Of a DNA stretch of 64,000 nt, positions 1 to 13,072 are shown piece by piece. The position numbers were made by a program, and so were the translations under genes. The DNA is from Octopus sinensis (taxonomy: Eukaryota), in assembly GCF_006345805.1 (NCBI RefSeq), contig NC_042998.1, forward strand, positions 152,024,001 through 152,088,000. The letters run 5' to 3'. Numbering within the stretch: the stretch's first letter is position 1; every line of letters starts with the position of its first letter. The notes beneath the pieces are model-generated. The model had not been told where the DNA came from, ran no database searches, and saw nothing but the letters and a program-made list of their open reading frames with translations.

Positions 1-707
1 GAACTTTCCGGTCCAGAGAACAAGGTGTCATCATACCACTTTTTCCTCCTTTGTACGGCCACCCTTGAATACTGCTGCCCACTGTGGTCTCCTCACACAA
101 GACAAAACATCTCCAGAATTGAGTCACCCCAGAGGGCACTCACTAAACGAATTGAAGGCATGGCTGCTCTCGATTATTGGGATCGCCTTAAAGCCTTGAA
201 ACTTTACTCCCTCCAGCGTCGCCGTGAGCGGTACATCATCATTTGTACGATGTGGAAAATATACCGCCAACTATGCCCAAACGACCTAAACATTAGCTTC
301 AAGGTTCATCAAGACTTGGACCACGGGCTATACGTCCCCTGCCCAATTCAAGATCACAACATACATGTACACTGCAACATAATTTATTTTCATCAACAGG
401 CCCTGCCCTATTTAACATTGTCCCGAGAGAGATCAAAGAGGAAAAGGATCCCATCAACTTTAAACAGTCTGGATAGATTCCTTCAAAGAATACCAGATAA
501 GCCACCCATAATTGGATACAACTCACCCAACAAGAACTCACTACTTGAACAAAACTGGATACAACTCACCCAACAAGAACTCACTACTTGAACAAAACTT
601 GACTTAAACAAAACTTGACTTAAACAGGATTCGAATAATCAGGTGGTGCTATTAAGTTAGACATCGCCTGGACCAATCTTTGGTCGAAACATATCTAAGT
701 TTATCTA

Positions 708-710
<3 letters not shown>
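1..710 (+). mobile_element. 3' end of a CR1/L2-group non-LTR retrotransposon (post-RT region, 3' UTR, short repeat tail)
   Basis: ORF 25-591 reads LEYCCPLWSP...IESPQRALTKRIEGM..LDYWDRLKALKLYSLQRRRERY, the typical C-terminal region of CR1/L2-group ORF2; ends in ATCTAAGTTT x2 before (TA)n. Confidence 0.8.
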
Positions 711-753
<43 letters not shown>

Positions 754-863
754 CACACACACAGATATATGTATACATATAGATACCGGAGTAAACACAT
801 AAATGTGAAACAAGGTGGAAAAAAGAGTACTCAAATACCAGGGGTAGAGTAATATGCTTTATT

Positions 864-923
864 TAAAAGCAGCAGAAATTCAACAAAATCTTAACAGGTT
901 TTGTTGAATTTCTGCTGCTTTTA
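864..923. repeat. Perfect 25-bp inverted repeat with 10-nt loop
   Basis: 864-888 taaaagcagcagaaattcaacaaaa is the exact reverse complement of 899-923. Confidence 0.95.
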
Positions 924-1031
924 CATATGTATATATACATGTAAATGTACGTATATATGTGTGTGTGTCTCTGTGCATGTGTGTGTGTGTGTGTGTGTGT
1001 GCATGTGTGTATGTGCAAATGTATGTATGCA

Positions 1032-1084
<53 letters not shown>

Positions 1085-1131
1085 GTATTTATACATATAC
1101 ATATATATACACGCGAGTATGTATATGGGTT

Positions 1132-1211
<80 letters not shown>

Positions 1212-1983
1212 GTGGTACATACATATATACATACATACATACATTCACACATATGCATATATAAACACGACGATTCTTTCGATATAAATCATTTAAACGC
1301 TGTGCTACATATGGGACACACTGCCTGTGTTTTATATACACACACGCTCTCTCTCCTCCCTCTCTCTCTCACACACTCTTCTCTCTCTCTCCTCTCTCGC
1401 CTTCTTCCTTTCCTCCGCTCTAATTCAGGTTTCTCTTTCATCTTCTCGCCTCTATTCCCCATCTTCCTTCCTCCAGCCGTACCCTCCATCGACACCACCA
1501 TCACCACAATGCCCCCCTCTATTTATCCCTTCCACAATTAATTGGTTTATTTCCTTTCCTTATCAATTATCCCTTTTTCTATTCTTTTTCCTATTAAAAT
1601 GTTTTTTATTCTTTTCGACAATTTTGTTTTCCAATTTTGTTTTACATCTTATGTATGTATGTATGTATGTATGTATGTATGTATGTATGTATGTATGTAT
1701 GTATGTATGTATTATTTATGTATGTATGTATGTATGCATGCATGTATGTATGCATGTATGTATGTATGTATGCATGCATGTATGTATGCATGTATGTATG
1801 CATGTGTGTGTATGTATATTTATCTGTCACCATTCCTATTTTATCTACCTTTTTATTTACCTCTATCTTTTTATATACTTATCTATCTACCTACATCTCT
1901 CCGCCTGTACGTCTATCTCTTTCTATTTATATATCTATCTATCTATCTATCTATCCATCTGTCTGCCAATCTGTCTCACTGAG

Positions 1984-2062
<79 letters not shown>

Positions 2063-2232
2063 TTATCTATCTATCTATCTCTATATATATATATCTGTTT
2101 ATCTATCTATCTATCCATTTAATTCTCTATCTATTCATCTATATATCTATCAGTCTAACCCCTTTTTATTTTCTTGTATATATTTTTATCGGCTTATATA
2201 TCAAATATAAATATAAGTCTTCCTATTGAGTT

Positions 2233-2283
<51 letters not shown>

Positions 2284-2635
2284 TGTATGTAGGTATAGAA
2301 CGGTGTATCTATATATCTACCTTTGATTGTGCGTGACTACTAATAAGAGGAAAAAACTCCTCAGTGACTCATCTATGAAACTGTGTAAATACACGTATAT
2401 GTGCATGTGTGTGTGTTTGAGTGTGTGTGTGTTTGAGTGTGTGTGTGTTTGAGTGTGTGTGTGTGTATGTACACATAAGTAAATATATGTATGTGTCTGT
2501 TGTTAAGCATAATTACAATATTTATGGATAGTACATACAAGTATCTCATAACAGTAAAAATGGCGTATTATTACTATAATCTGTAGATGTATATGTTAAC
2601 ACACTGACATGTATATATATATATTCATTGATGTA

Positions 2636-2674
<39 letters not shown>

Positions 2675-2724
2675 TTATTTATTTATCCATCTGTGTGTGT
2701 ATATGTATATATATATATACTATA

Positions 2725-2860
2725 TGTAGAAAAATACAAACTGGGACAAGAACGTAAAACATTTAGAAGACGATACAAAAAACACGGACGGGACATTCAA
2801 AGCCTTCAATCTTCAGTCAAGAACCGGATCATCCTAGCAATTTCGGCTGATTAATCTTAG
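2725..2860. repeat. ~135-bp interspersed repeat, copy 1 (copy 2 at 21453-21590)
   Basis: aaaatacaaactgggacaagaacg...aatttcggctgattaatctt is near-identical at both loci; both are embedded in microsatellites. Confidence 0.8.
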
Positions 2861-2868
2861 ATAGATAA

Positions 2869-2995
<127 letters not shown>

Positions 2996-4446
2996 TTCAT
3001 TTTATTATCTAAGATATATATGTGGGTGTGTGCTTATTTGTTTTTGCACATGTATTTATATAAGCAATCGAATCGTGAAATAGTTATTGCTTGTTCTTTT
3101 CCCAATATTACATATGTATAAAAGTATATAAAACGATTATTATACATACCTATCAATACATACATTATACCTGCCAGTACGTACAGGTACATAAACGTCA
3201 TACATGCCTACACTTGCGCGCGCGCACATCAATATATATATATATGTATATATATATATACATACAGGAATATATATATTATTTTACTTACTATACACAG
3301 ATGTATATATGAAATATCACACTTACTTATTGTATACAGCTGTATCATATGATGTGCGTATGTGTATGTGTGTATATTATTGTGTGTGTGTGTGTGTGTA
3401 CGTGTGTGCATCAATACATTGAGGTATATAGTGTACAGAGCTATCAATAGTCATCTCTGTTGTATGTGCACTACCCTTAATCTATGTTTTTAAATGCACA
3501 TGCAATGAGAAACACCATACATGCAATCTACCGACATATTACAAATTACAGACAATTGAGTAAACCTTTCCGATGAAAAAATAAACTGAGATAAAAGGAT
3601 TGAAGTAATTTAAGTTTGAAAGCAATAGTAAAAATTCCTGAATTTGTTTTAATGTGTTATTTAATCTCATCATCCAACGCAGACTCACTGAGAAATGAAA
3701 ATATTTCCTCATATAACCTTGTTTTAGACATAAGTAACTGTTATATGGTTTTATTGTGGCTACACACCTTTTGTATATATTGTCCTCTATGTTAGAAATA
3801 GATAAATATTCCTCAAGGTAGCTGCAGTTCAATGACTGAAACGTAAAAAATGAAGAAATTATTTCCTTTGTTATATCTCGGGAGGATCATTATGCCAATA
3901 ATAAACGCACGCACTAGTTCTATTTCCCTTGTTTATTTTTATTTCTCAACTGACGAGCCATTTAACTTAATGTGTAATCGATTGTTTGCATGATATGCTT
4001 CAAGAATTTGCACCAAGAATCTTGCAAACCAAATTCATAAGCAAAATCACGCTCTGCTGTCCTTAAAGTTGTAAAGGCTACATTAAGTAAAATAACCATA
4101 GAGAATACTGACAAGACGTGATGTTTATGGTCGGAGTGGCAATGATTATAGCCTGACCAATGAAAAACATCATGGGACTGTATATCAATAATAACAACAA
4201 CAGGTACAAACAAAGTTCCAAGAGGAAATTTACGCTTGTATGCAGGTTAGTCTACTTGCTAAAGCTAATTGTGAAAATGTTTCCCAGTAGCGATTTAATA
4301 ATTAAAAGACACAAGCAATAGTAAAGTTTAGAATGTGGGAGAGTCACAGGTGGAACAACAACAGCCCATCTTTAGTTTTATTACTTATTACTTATCTTCT
4401 GTTATAGCTGTGGTAAGATATATGTGTGTATATACACATAAATGAC

Positions 4447-4521
<75 letters not shown>

Positions 4522-5409
4522 TGTGTGTAGTTAAGCTGAATTACAATTTATGGATATTACCAGTAATACATATAAGTTTGAGAAATGCCAACGCACGAAA
4601 CTCTCGGACCTTGAGTCTCTTTATTGCTTCTGCTAAATATTAATAAAATACATACATACATACATACATACATACATACACATACATACACATACACACA
4701 TATATATGCATACAACACATGCATATATTTATACACATGCATATATGTGTGCATGGTTATAAATGTAGATGTGTGTATTTGTGTTGCCATGTCCGCGCGC
4801 ACATTATAGCCTACTTGACAATGGACGACAGGTACACATGGGAATTACAATGGAATTGTCTTGTAAATTGAAGGACATCTTTAAAAAAATAAATAAACTC
4901 ACATCCTTCCAATTTGTGCCAGACATAAACAAACACCATTTGACTTAACCAAAATCTCTCCAGACGGCACTGAGATTATTTCAATTGTTATTCACAACAG
5001 AGCTCTCATTTATACTTCTTTTATCTATACATATGTTTGTGTGTGTATGTGTGCGTGTGTGTGCGCGCGTGCGTACGTGCTTTGTGTGTGTGTACGTGCG
5101 TACGTGTGTGCGTGTGTGCTTACGCGCGCGCATGTGTGTGTGTGTACCTTTGTGTGTCAGCATGTAATCGTTGAAAATAGTTTTAGTCACACGAAACGTT
5201 TATCTTATATGAACGAACCAAGATTTTGAAAGACAATTAGGAAAATTAGTTGGCCTTGACTGATCTTATTAAACTCTAGTTCCAAGATATGGCTCACGGA
5301 TAGATTTCAGGTCTTTCAACATCAGACCCCTCATCCAGTTGGAGGCACATTGTGACCAGCGGTGTATAACAACATCTAATTGTCTGGTCGACGCTGTGAT
5401 ATTGTAATA

Positions 5410-5785
5410 CATTCCCGGACAAAGCGAGAAAGGCCATCATTTTATCATGCAATTTATTGAAAACTGGTGAATTGATGTTCCCCGAAAAGAACATCTCGAA
5501 GAGGCTCACGAGAGGAACCTTGCCAAATACCAGAAGCTGTAAAAGTAATGTACAAACCAGGACTGGCAGGTATGTTGCGAGGTATCTGAAGTAGATTGTC
5601 GGGTTTTTGTGAAGCGTTCATTTTACAAAGCACTTACTGGGCTCTGATAGATGCAGCAAAGAGGAGGGCTACAAATCCATGATTGAAGCTGCAGTGAAGG
5701 CCACTGGGTGGCTTTGGAGAAAAAAGGTAGACCAGTGATTTGTTGGTATTGGGATGCAAGCTGGGATTTGATCAATCCCAATACC
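5410..5785 (+). mobile_element. Decayed 3' fragment of an RLE-type (HERO/NeSL-like) non-LTR retrotransposon
   Basis: Manual translation gives DVPRKEHLEEAHERNLAKYQKL..WQVCCEVSEVDCRVFVKRSFYKAL and SMIEAAVKATGWLWRKK, matching the restriction-like endonuclease C-terminus (xVPWEExxEEAHERKxxKY...EVGCRGF...WLW); has stops and frameshifts. Confidence 0.7.
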
Positions 5786-6750
5786 ATTGAAGAGCCTGGC
5801 GCGTATGGTATTGTCTAGCTTTGTTCGGAGCAAATTCTTTATTGAGTTAAATACCGTCCATCTTACCCTTATTCTCTTTGAGAATTCAGCATCTATATCT
5901 CGGTGCATATTCACTATGCATCCTAAGTAGACGTACCTCCACAACTTCATCACTTACCACCTTTATTCGGCCTTGTGTTACGCCTTCCCAACCGCATTTA
6001 TTTTGTTTCCATGTGGTTCATTTTAAAACCTACTGCTAAGCTCCGAATGTGCAGCGCTGTCAGCATGTTCTGCAGCTACTCTGTGGTTTCAGCGACATGT
6101 ACAATGTCATCTGCGAATCGGAGGTGTGTTAGTTGCTCGCCATTTATGTTCACGCCACTTGTCCATCCGATGTTCTTGATGTCTATTTCTAGACATATAG
6201 TAAAGTACTTTGGAGAGATGATGCCTCCTTGTTTGACATTCTCTCAATTGGGACCCTTATTGGTGGTGATAGCACAGCTATATCTGTTGTGCATCCGGAG
6301 TTCGCACCTCTGAGTAGTTTCATGTATGCCCCTCTACACCTTGCATTTCCAGAAATTTCAACACTGAGTTCATATCGACGCCATTGAAGGCCTTTTCGCA
6401 ATCAACAAAAATGATACACCGAGGAAACATATTCATTCGCTCGTTTTATGAGCTATGTTGGAGGGAATACATGATCTATCGTACCATAGTTCTTGCCATA
6501 ATCGGCTTGCTCTCTCGACTATTGGTCATCGATGTAACTATGACTTTTATAAACAGCCTATAGAAGTGAGACAAGACGCATATGGACAATAGTTTTTAAA
6601 TTTTCTTTTTTAATTTCACTAATCAAAACAGGTGACACTTCTTCCAACATTTGTGGCGGCGTGGGATCGAGCTTCACTGGTGACTTAAAAAGTTTGGTGT
6701 AGAATGTTTTGCATACCTCCACCATTTCTTATTTGTCTTTCGGGAACCCG
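5785..6750 (-). mobile_element. Decayed RTE-clade LINE fragment (RT and thumb) with internal deletion
   Basis: YVYLGCIVNMHRDIDAEFSKRIRVRWTVFNSIKNLL is an RTE thumb signature; RT remnants to ~6560; 6630-6750 is the reverse complement of 7936-8055. Confidence 0.75.
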
Positions 6751-6755
6751 ACTTG

Positions 6756-6868
6756 AGCATATCTTCAGAAGGAAAAAATACACCCTTAGATGTTTAGTCT
6801 GCTATAATGAATCCATAAACGCATATAACTCACCCAAAGGTACATTTTTTTCCCTCTGAAGATATGCT
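6756..6868. repeat. Short element with ~30-bp imperfect terminal inverted repeats (MITE-like)
   Basis: agcatatcttcagaaggaaaaaatacacc (6756-6784) versus ggtacatttttttccctctgaagatatgct (6839-6868). Confidence 0.6.
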
Positions 6869-7599
6869 TAGGTCATATAAATATAAATCTAATATTTACT
6901 TAATATTTACTGAGTATTAATTGAAACAACTACCGGACTACTGGCCGTACGGAAAGACTGCCTCGCGGAAGCGAGCACGTAGTCTATACATTAGAGATTA
7001 AAAACTAGCTAAACTAAAGAGGTAATAAATGGCTTGCTTGCCTAGCCACCTGGTTTCATCTTAAAAGCTACATCAACGCGAGGAAATGGTCCTCAGTATC
7101 ATGCAGGTGAAATTCGAGCGATCAGAGGCCGCTAAGTACTTCCTGTACAAATAGGCCCCTGAGGAATTGGATAACAACCTTTGCCGTATGTAGTTACAAT
7201 TTTAAGTCTTTAGCAGGAAGGACTGGAATGACCTATCTAATGGAAGGGAAAAAGAAAATCAAATGTGATGAGCTAGGGCTGTGTGAAACATGTCGAAAGA
7301 AATAAATAAATATGAGATGGACAGAGGGAAGTATCGTGAGAGTGGAAGAAGCGAAAGCAACAGATGGTATAGGGCTCATCGTAAGCAAAGTAAGGGCTTC
7401 GAAAATTGATTCATGCCAATTACCTTCATCGTGCATTTGAGTGCTAAACATTCGACTCTCGCTTGTTATGGGTAACGTTTATGATCTATAACGTCAAAGA
7501 CAATATGTCTCTCATATCTCAAAAAAAATCAACGCATCAAGGCCTTTGATGTGAAATAGTTGCAGCAAATTATGAAAAAGTAAATTTGAAGTCAACTTG

Positions 7600-8270
7600 A
7601 AGAGCTCGATGTGCACTACAATTTACTGGTCCAGAAAATTAAAAGCTGCAATGGAAAGCAAAAATTGTTAGCCAGCGGGAGCCTGGTAAGAGAACCCCGG
7701 AACGAGACGAAGAAAATGCTAGAGAAACGAAAAACGATGAAGAGGAACATGAAAGAGCACTTCGAGGATTTCGTACTCTGCAAAGCGATCAGACAATGTC
7801 TAAGAAATGACTTCAAGTATTGTAGACTAAAGAAATCAATGCAGGCTGCAGAGGAAAGGAAATTTTTAAAACGATGCAGTAGAGGGTTAACATCCTATAG
7901 GTCAGAGAGAAATGACGGCGCTTTAGAATAAAGATGGGTTCGCGAAAGACAAATAAGAGATGGAGGAGGTATTCAAAGCCTTCTTCACTAAACTTTTTAA
8001 GTCACTAGTGAAGCTCGATCCCACGCCGCCACAAATGCTGGAAGAAGTGTCACCTATTCTGATTAAGGAAATTGAAAATGCCCTCAAACTGATGAAAACA
8101 TACAAAGATCCTGGGAAAGATGGCATCAGAACAAAAATGTTAAGATGCAGAAGTGAAGAGCTCTAGAAAATTTACGCTTCAATCGCCATCAGAATGAGGG
8201 TAACATACCTTCACTGTGGAAAGCGTTAAATACTATCCTGATTCGTAAAAAAGGGTGATAGAGAAGATAT
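7600..8270 (+). mobile_element. Decayed RTE-clade LINE fragment (linker between endonuclease and RT)
   Basis: ORF 7960-8166 EEVSPILIKEIENALKLMKTYKDPGKDGI matches the RTE pre-RT motif (EV..AI..MK..KAPG.DGI); continues to TILIRKKGDREDI. Confidence 0.75.
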
Positions 8271-8289
8271 ACTTCTTGTCTATACTAGT

Positions 8290-8880
8290 TAAATCTAACT
8301 TATTCACCTCAACCAAATATGTTTACGACCAAAAGTAATACCGCAGTGGATATATTTGTCGGAGTTATTTGTATTTATATATAATTAAGGATAAAATCAT
8401 TAGTACTCTTATTGGAATTATATTTATTTTATTATATATTTGTATTAATTGCTATCTATATGGTTTTTAGTATATGCTGGCTACTTGATAAAATCTTTAT
8501 AATGATTTTATCCTTAATTATATATAAATATAAATTTATCCGACCAACATATTCGCTTCGCTAGTATTTTTGGTCTTAATCACACGTGGTTGAGGTAAAT
8601 AAATTAGATTTAGCTCGTATATACGTGTGAATATTTGCATATATGCGTGTGGATATGTGTTATTGGTATGGGTATGTATAAATATTTGCATTTATGTTCG
8701 ATGTGGTACATTATACTGATGACAGCCAAAGGATTTTATATCTCTAAGCTAGAAATCGATCTATAATTAACCTTTCAAAAAAGGATCTCGCTTTCAGCCC
8801 GTGCTAATGGAGTACATGATCTAGTTTTTAGAGCCATTTGGCGTCAGCATGTGGTACTATTTATTAGTACCCTTATTATA
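8290..8880 (+). mobile_element. Non-coding HHR-bearing repeat with a fold-back 5' part; second copy at ~10400-10840
   Basis: 8290-8403 and 8500-8612 are imperfect inverted arms; 8430-8880 aligns with 10400-10840. Confidence 0.65.
8710..8767 (+). ncRNA. Minimal type-I hammerhead ribozyme motif
   Basis: attata-CTGATGA(8716-8722)-cagc...gcta-GAAA(8752-8755)-tcg-ATC-tataat. Stem I 6 bp; stem III palindromic ATCGAT; first stem II pair C.A. Confidence 0.7.
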
Positions 8881-8895
8881 ATTATATTTATATAA

Positions 8896-9345
8896 CTAGC
8901 AGTATAGCCCGACTTTGCTCGGGATTGAGATAGGATTATTAAGCTAATCAAGCTCTTTATTTCAAACCAAACTAAGTAACATCGAGGTCAAATTTGAGCA
9001 AAATCCGTTGAAATTGGTAAACTTTTGGCTGAAAATGAGTTGCAGACAATTTGATTGGGAGATCCCATAAGGAATCGGTTTATCGATTTTTTTCACTAAT
9101 CGATTTTTTTTTTCGTTTTTGGAGAACTTAAAGCATTCAAAGATCCAATGAATCCTAAGTAATGCTGGTATCAAGTTTGAACAAAATACTTTAAAACTGG
9201 TAAAAGTTATGGTTGAAAATGGAGTGTAGCCAATTTTAATGGGAAGTCCTATAAGGAATCGGTTTATCGATTTTTAAAATCCTGATTAAATAGAAAACTC
9301 CATAAGGAATCAGTTTATTGATTTTTCACTCCAAATAGGATTTAA
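8896..9345 (-). mobile_element. Non-autonomous Helitron-like element, 3' terminus at 8896
   Basis: Minus strand reads cccga-gcaaag-tcggg hairpin, 8 nt, CTAG, T. Internal ~30-bp repeats at 9064, 9248 and 9298. 5' end not located. Confidence 0.65.
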
Positions 9346-9469
9346 CCGAACACAACATTGCTGATTCAAAAACATCTATATTTACACTTTAAAGTTGGTT
9401 TTCATACCCAACCCAGTTCTGCAGAATCAGTGTCGCGACGGGAGCGCATGGGCTGGGAGTTTGATCGGC

Positions 9470-9930
9470 AGATGTGATCAGGTTGCATATGCCAACCCTT
9501 TTGAAAACACCACCCCCATCATATAACCTCCCTTTGCCCATGGGTTAGGAACCCTCCCAACAAGGAAAATAGAACGCCCAAAAGGGCCCCGATCCTCTGT
9601 ATGAGAAGCGGTTATGTTCAGATCACAACTAAGTATATATATATGGGCAATACACACACACACACACAAACATATACGTAATACACCTATTGCATACATG
9701 TACACCCTTTCCCCTGGCCCTTGTCCCACCCAACCCTATCTGACTAATACCATCAATTGAAGCAAATTTTGCACCCGGACGTAAGTTTTGTAAGAGGAAT
9801 AGAGAGGCCTGCCTTCTCCCACAGAGATGTTAGAGTCAGATCTCTCCTTTCGAAAACATGAAAAGTTTCGAAACATTGTTTACAAAATAATAGCTGATCC
9901 TTTGCGAAGGAGCGTGTCTCAGGCAACACA
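9470..9930 (-). mobile_element. Probable decayed L1-type LINE 3' end and UTR
   Basis: ORF ending WEKAGLSIPLTKLTSGCKICFN followed by a G-rich UTR-like stretch; assignment is by general resemblance only. Confidence 0.35.
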
Positions 9931-9973
9931 CACACACACACATTGTATACATGTATTTTGCACGTATACATGT

Positions 9974-10007
<34 letters not shown>

Positions 10008-10099
10008 CTGAAGCCATTAACACATACATACATAACAACCCCTGTCTGTCTGTTTTTGCCTCTCAATCACTCAGTAAAAAGACAAAATTTTAAAAATCT

Positions 10100-10135
<36 letters not shown>

Positions 10136-10629
10136 TCCCTCTCTCTCTCCCTCTCTTTACACCGTCGCTAGAAGAGGACTTAACTCATATTTGCAAATGA
10201 TGGCGTATTTCTCCGACTTGAAAATTGTTAGAAGTTATGGTTCAAAAATATTTTTACCGCTATTCGCTGGTGCTTCGGGGGAAAATAATTTGACGAAACT
10301 ACAGCTAGGATCTTGACGAATGTCCTCCTAAAATTTGAGCGACATGCGTACTAATTTGTGGATGTGCATAAACTACATGCACGTACACACACGCACATCC
10401 TGCCTTTTATATATACAGATTATATATTTGTATTAATTGTTACCGATATGGTTTTTATTACATGCTGGCTACTTGATAAAATTATTAAAATGATTTTATC
10501 TTTAATTATATGTAAACATAAATTATTCCAACTATTATACCCACCGCAGTATTATTTTTGGTCGTAAACACATGTGCTTGAGGTGAATAAATTATGTATA
10601 AATATTTGCATCAATGTAAAATATGGTAT

Positions 10630-10687
10630 ATTATACTGATGAAAGCAAAGGAATTTTATGTCTCGAAACTAGAAATCGATCTATAAT
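10630..10687 (+). ncRNA. Minimal type-I hammerhead motif (second copy of the 8710 family)
   Basis: attata-CTGATGA(10636-10642)...acta-GAAA(10672-10675)-tcg-ATC-tataat. Core and stems I and III are identical to 8710; stem II is degenerate. Confidence 0.6.
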
Positions 10688-10859
10688 TAACCCTTTTAAA
10701 AACAAATCTTCTTTGTTCAGTTTCATCGCTTTCAACCCGTGCTAATGAAATACTTCATGTAGTTTTTAGAGCCATTTGACGTCTATATCTAGCATGTGGT
10801 GCTATTTATTAGTGCCCTTACTATAAATATACTTATATAATTATATATTTGTGTGTATA

Positions 10860-10921
<62 letters not shown>

Positions 10922-11325
10922 ACACACAAAATGCATATTTTCATTGGTAACACTATACATGCAATGTATATGTATGTGCACACTTTTTAGACATTACGCA
11001 GTAAACATCAGTATATCTTAATGTGCATATGCATACATATACACACACGCACACACACATATACCATCAAGTGTGTGTATATGAGTGTGCACGCGCGTGT
11101 GTATATAACTATAACCGTATACAAGCATGTGAATGCTTATAGGTCTACATCTTTGTATGTAGATTGATAGATAGATAGATACATACATACATACATACAT
11201 ACATACACACATACATACATACATACATACATACATACATAATTCATATATAATTCACTCGTACTCAATGGGCTTCCTTCTTCCTTTTCTTCTTCCTCTA
11301 TTTCTTCTTCGTCGTCTTCTTCTTC

Positions 11326-11395
<70 letters not shown>

Positions 11396-11757
11396 ATTAA
11401 AATGAATGAACGGAATTTAATTAATATAATTAACATAGGTAGAGGCGGCGATGGTGTGGCCGGATGTTGATGATGAGAGAGAGCGGAGAGGGTGAGATGC
11501 AGCGCGGGCTGTCGGGTGTTGTTAAGCACAGAAAGGGGAGTTGTAGTGGCTGGTAGGAGGAGTAGGAGGAGCAGGAGGAGTAGGACGAGGAGATGGAGCT
11601 AGAGCGGGGGCTACTCGTTGGCTGTGTGGGTGTGAGGTAGGTGATAAAGAGGCGAGCAGAGAAAAGATGGCGTGGTGCTAAGGATATAACATCGAAATTG
11701 CTTCGAGTTGGTTTCCTAATTTAAACATTCAATTTGTGTGGATGTATCTCTCTCTCG

Positions 11758-11801
<44 letters not shown>

Positions 11802-11808
11802 ACGTATA

Positions 11809-11844
<36 letters not shown>

Positions 11845-12171
11845 CATATATATATACATGTAGACGTATATATATATATATATATGCGTATACATATATA
11901 CACACATGTATAGGTGTACGCACGCACACACAAACACACACATATACACACATGATACACAGACAAACATTCAAACGTATGTGAGTGTGTGTGAGCGTTT
12001 GTTATTCACTTTCCGTGGATTGACAGAGATGATACCATTGCTGCTGCTAATGCTGGTGTGACTCGTCATTGAAACTTAACGTAGAGTCTTAAGAAATGAT
12101 GGATGAGGAGATTTTCGGGAATGACTCGACGTGCCGAATGCTGGTTGGAATACATTTTCTACTTTTCTACA

Positions 12172-12238
<67 letters not shown>

Positions 12239-12310
12239 GTGGGGGTGTGTATATATGTATATATTCATATATACAATATATATTATATATATTCATATAC
12301 AATATATATA

Positions 12311-12401
<91 letters not shown>

Positions 12402-12539
12402 ATATGCACATACATCTACACGCATATATATATATATAAGCATATGTGGGCACAGAACGTCATGAAACGTGTACAACAAAAAAGTACGAAGCACGAGTAC
12501 ATGTAACATGAACTATTCTTTCGAACAACAAAAGACACA

Positions 12540-12960
12540 AATGGAAAACAAGACAAATAACATAATGAATGACCCTTCATCAGTTGTTAGCTTCTTTTTC
12601 TAGTTTCGAATTTCGAACATTATACGCTTTCGATAAAACTATTGCTCCCGCAAAGCAAATTAAACAAAATTTGGGATTTTGCAGAGGATCAAAATTAGAT
12701 AACACAAACAGGACAGTGAAAACAAACAAACATGAAGGGCTGCTAAACCTAAACGAGGTTGTGGTGTGGCGAACGCGTAAATCAAGCTATGACAGGAGAG
12801 AACACATCTTCCCTGTTCCAACTACAACGGAAAGAAAGAAAGCTGGCCGGTGGCCACGTGGGAGCCACGTAAGCAAGAGGGAAAGAGTGAGGGAGAGAGA
12901 GTGACAGAGTGATCCGATAGAATAGTGGGAGAAGAGAAGGTAAAAGAATAAGAGAGAATA
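12540..12960. repeat. Interspersed repeat related to 17739-18180 and 18386-18490
   Basis: Shared blocks gacccttcatcagttg and aaacaggacagtg...aaaacaaacatg. Confidence 0.55.
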
Positions 12961-13018
12961 AAAGAGAAACACGAAAGAGTAAAAAGATCGTAAGAGTGCA
13001 TATATATATACACACATC

Positions 13019-13072
<54 letters not shown>

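Noticed and set aside
2790-2850. GAAA...CTGAAGA on the minus strand as a type-II hammerhead (also 21520-21580)
   Set aside because: Stems I to III could not be formed adjacent to the core; the order and pairing do not fit.
3539-4213. ORFs 3539-3832 and 3962-4213 as host exons
   Set aside because: No recognisable domain and no convincing splice-site pair.
12090-12150. ggatgag-gag...ctc-gacgtgcc as a hammerhead
   Set aside because: Both conserved boxes are broken; too degenerate to support.
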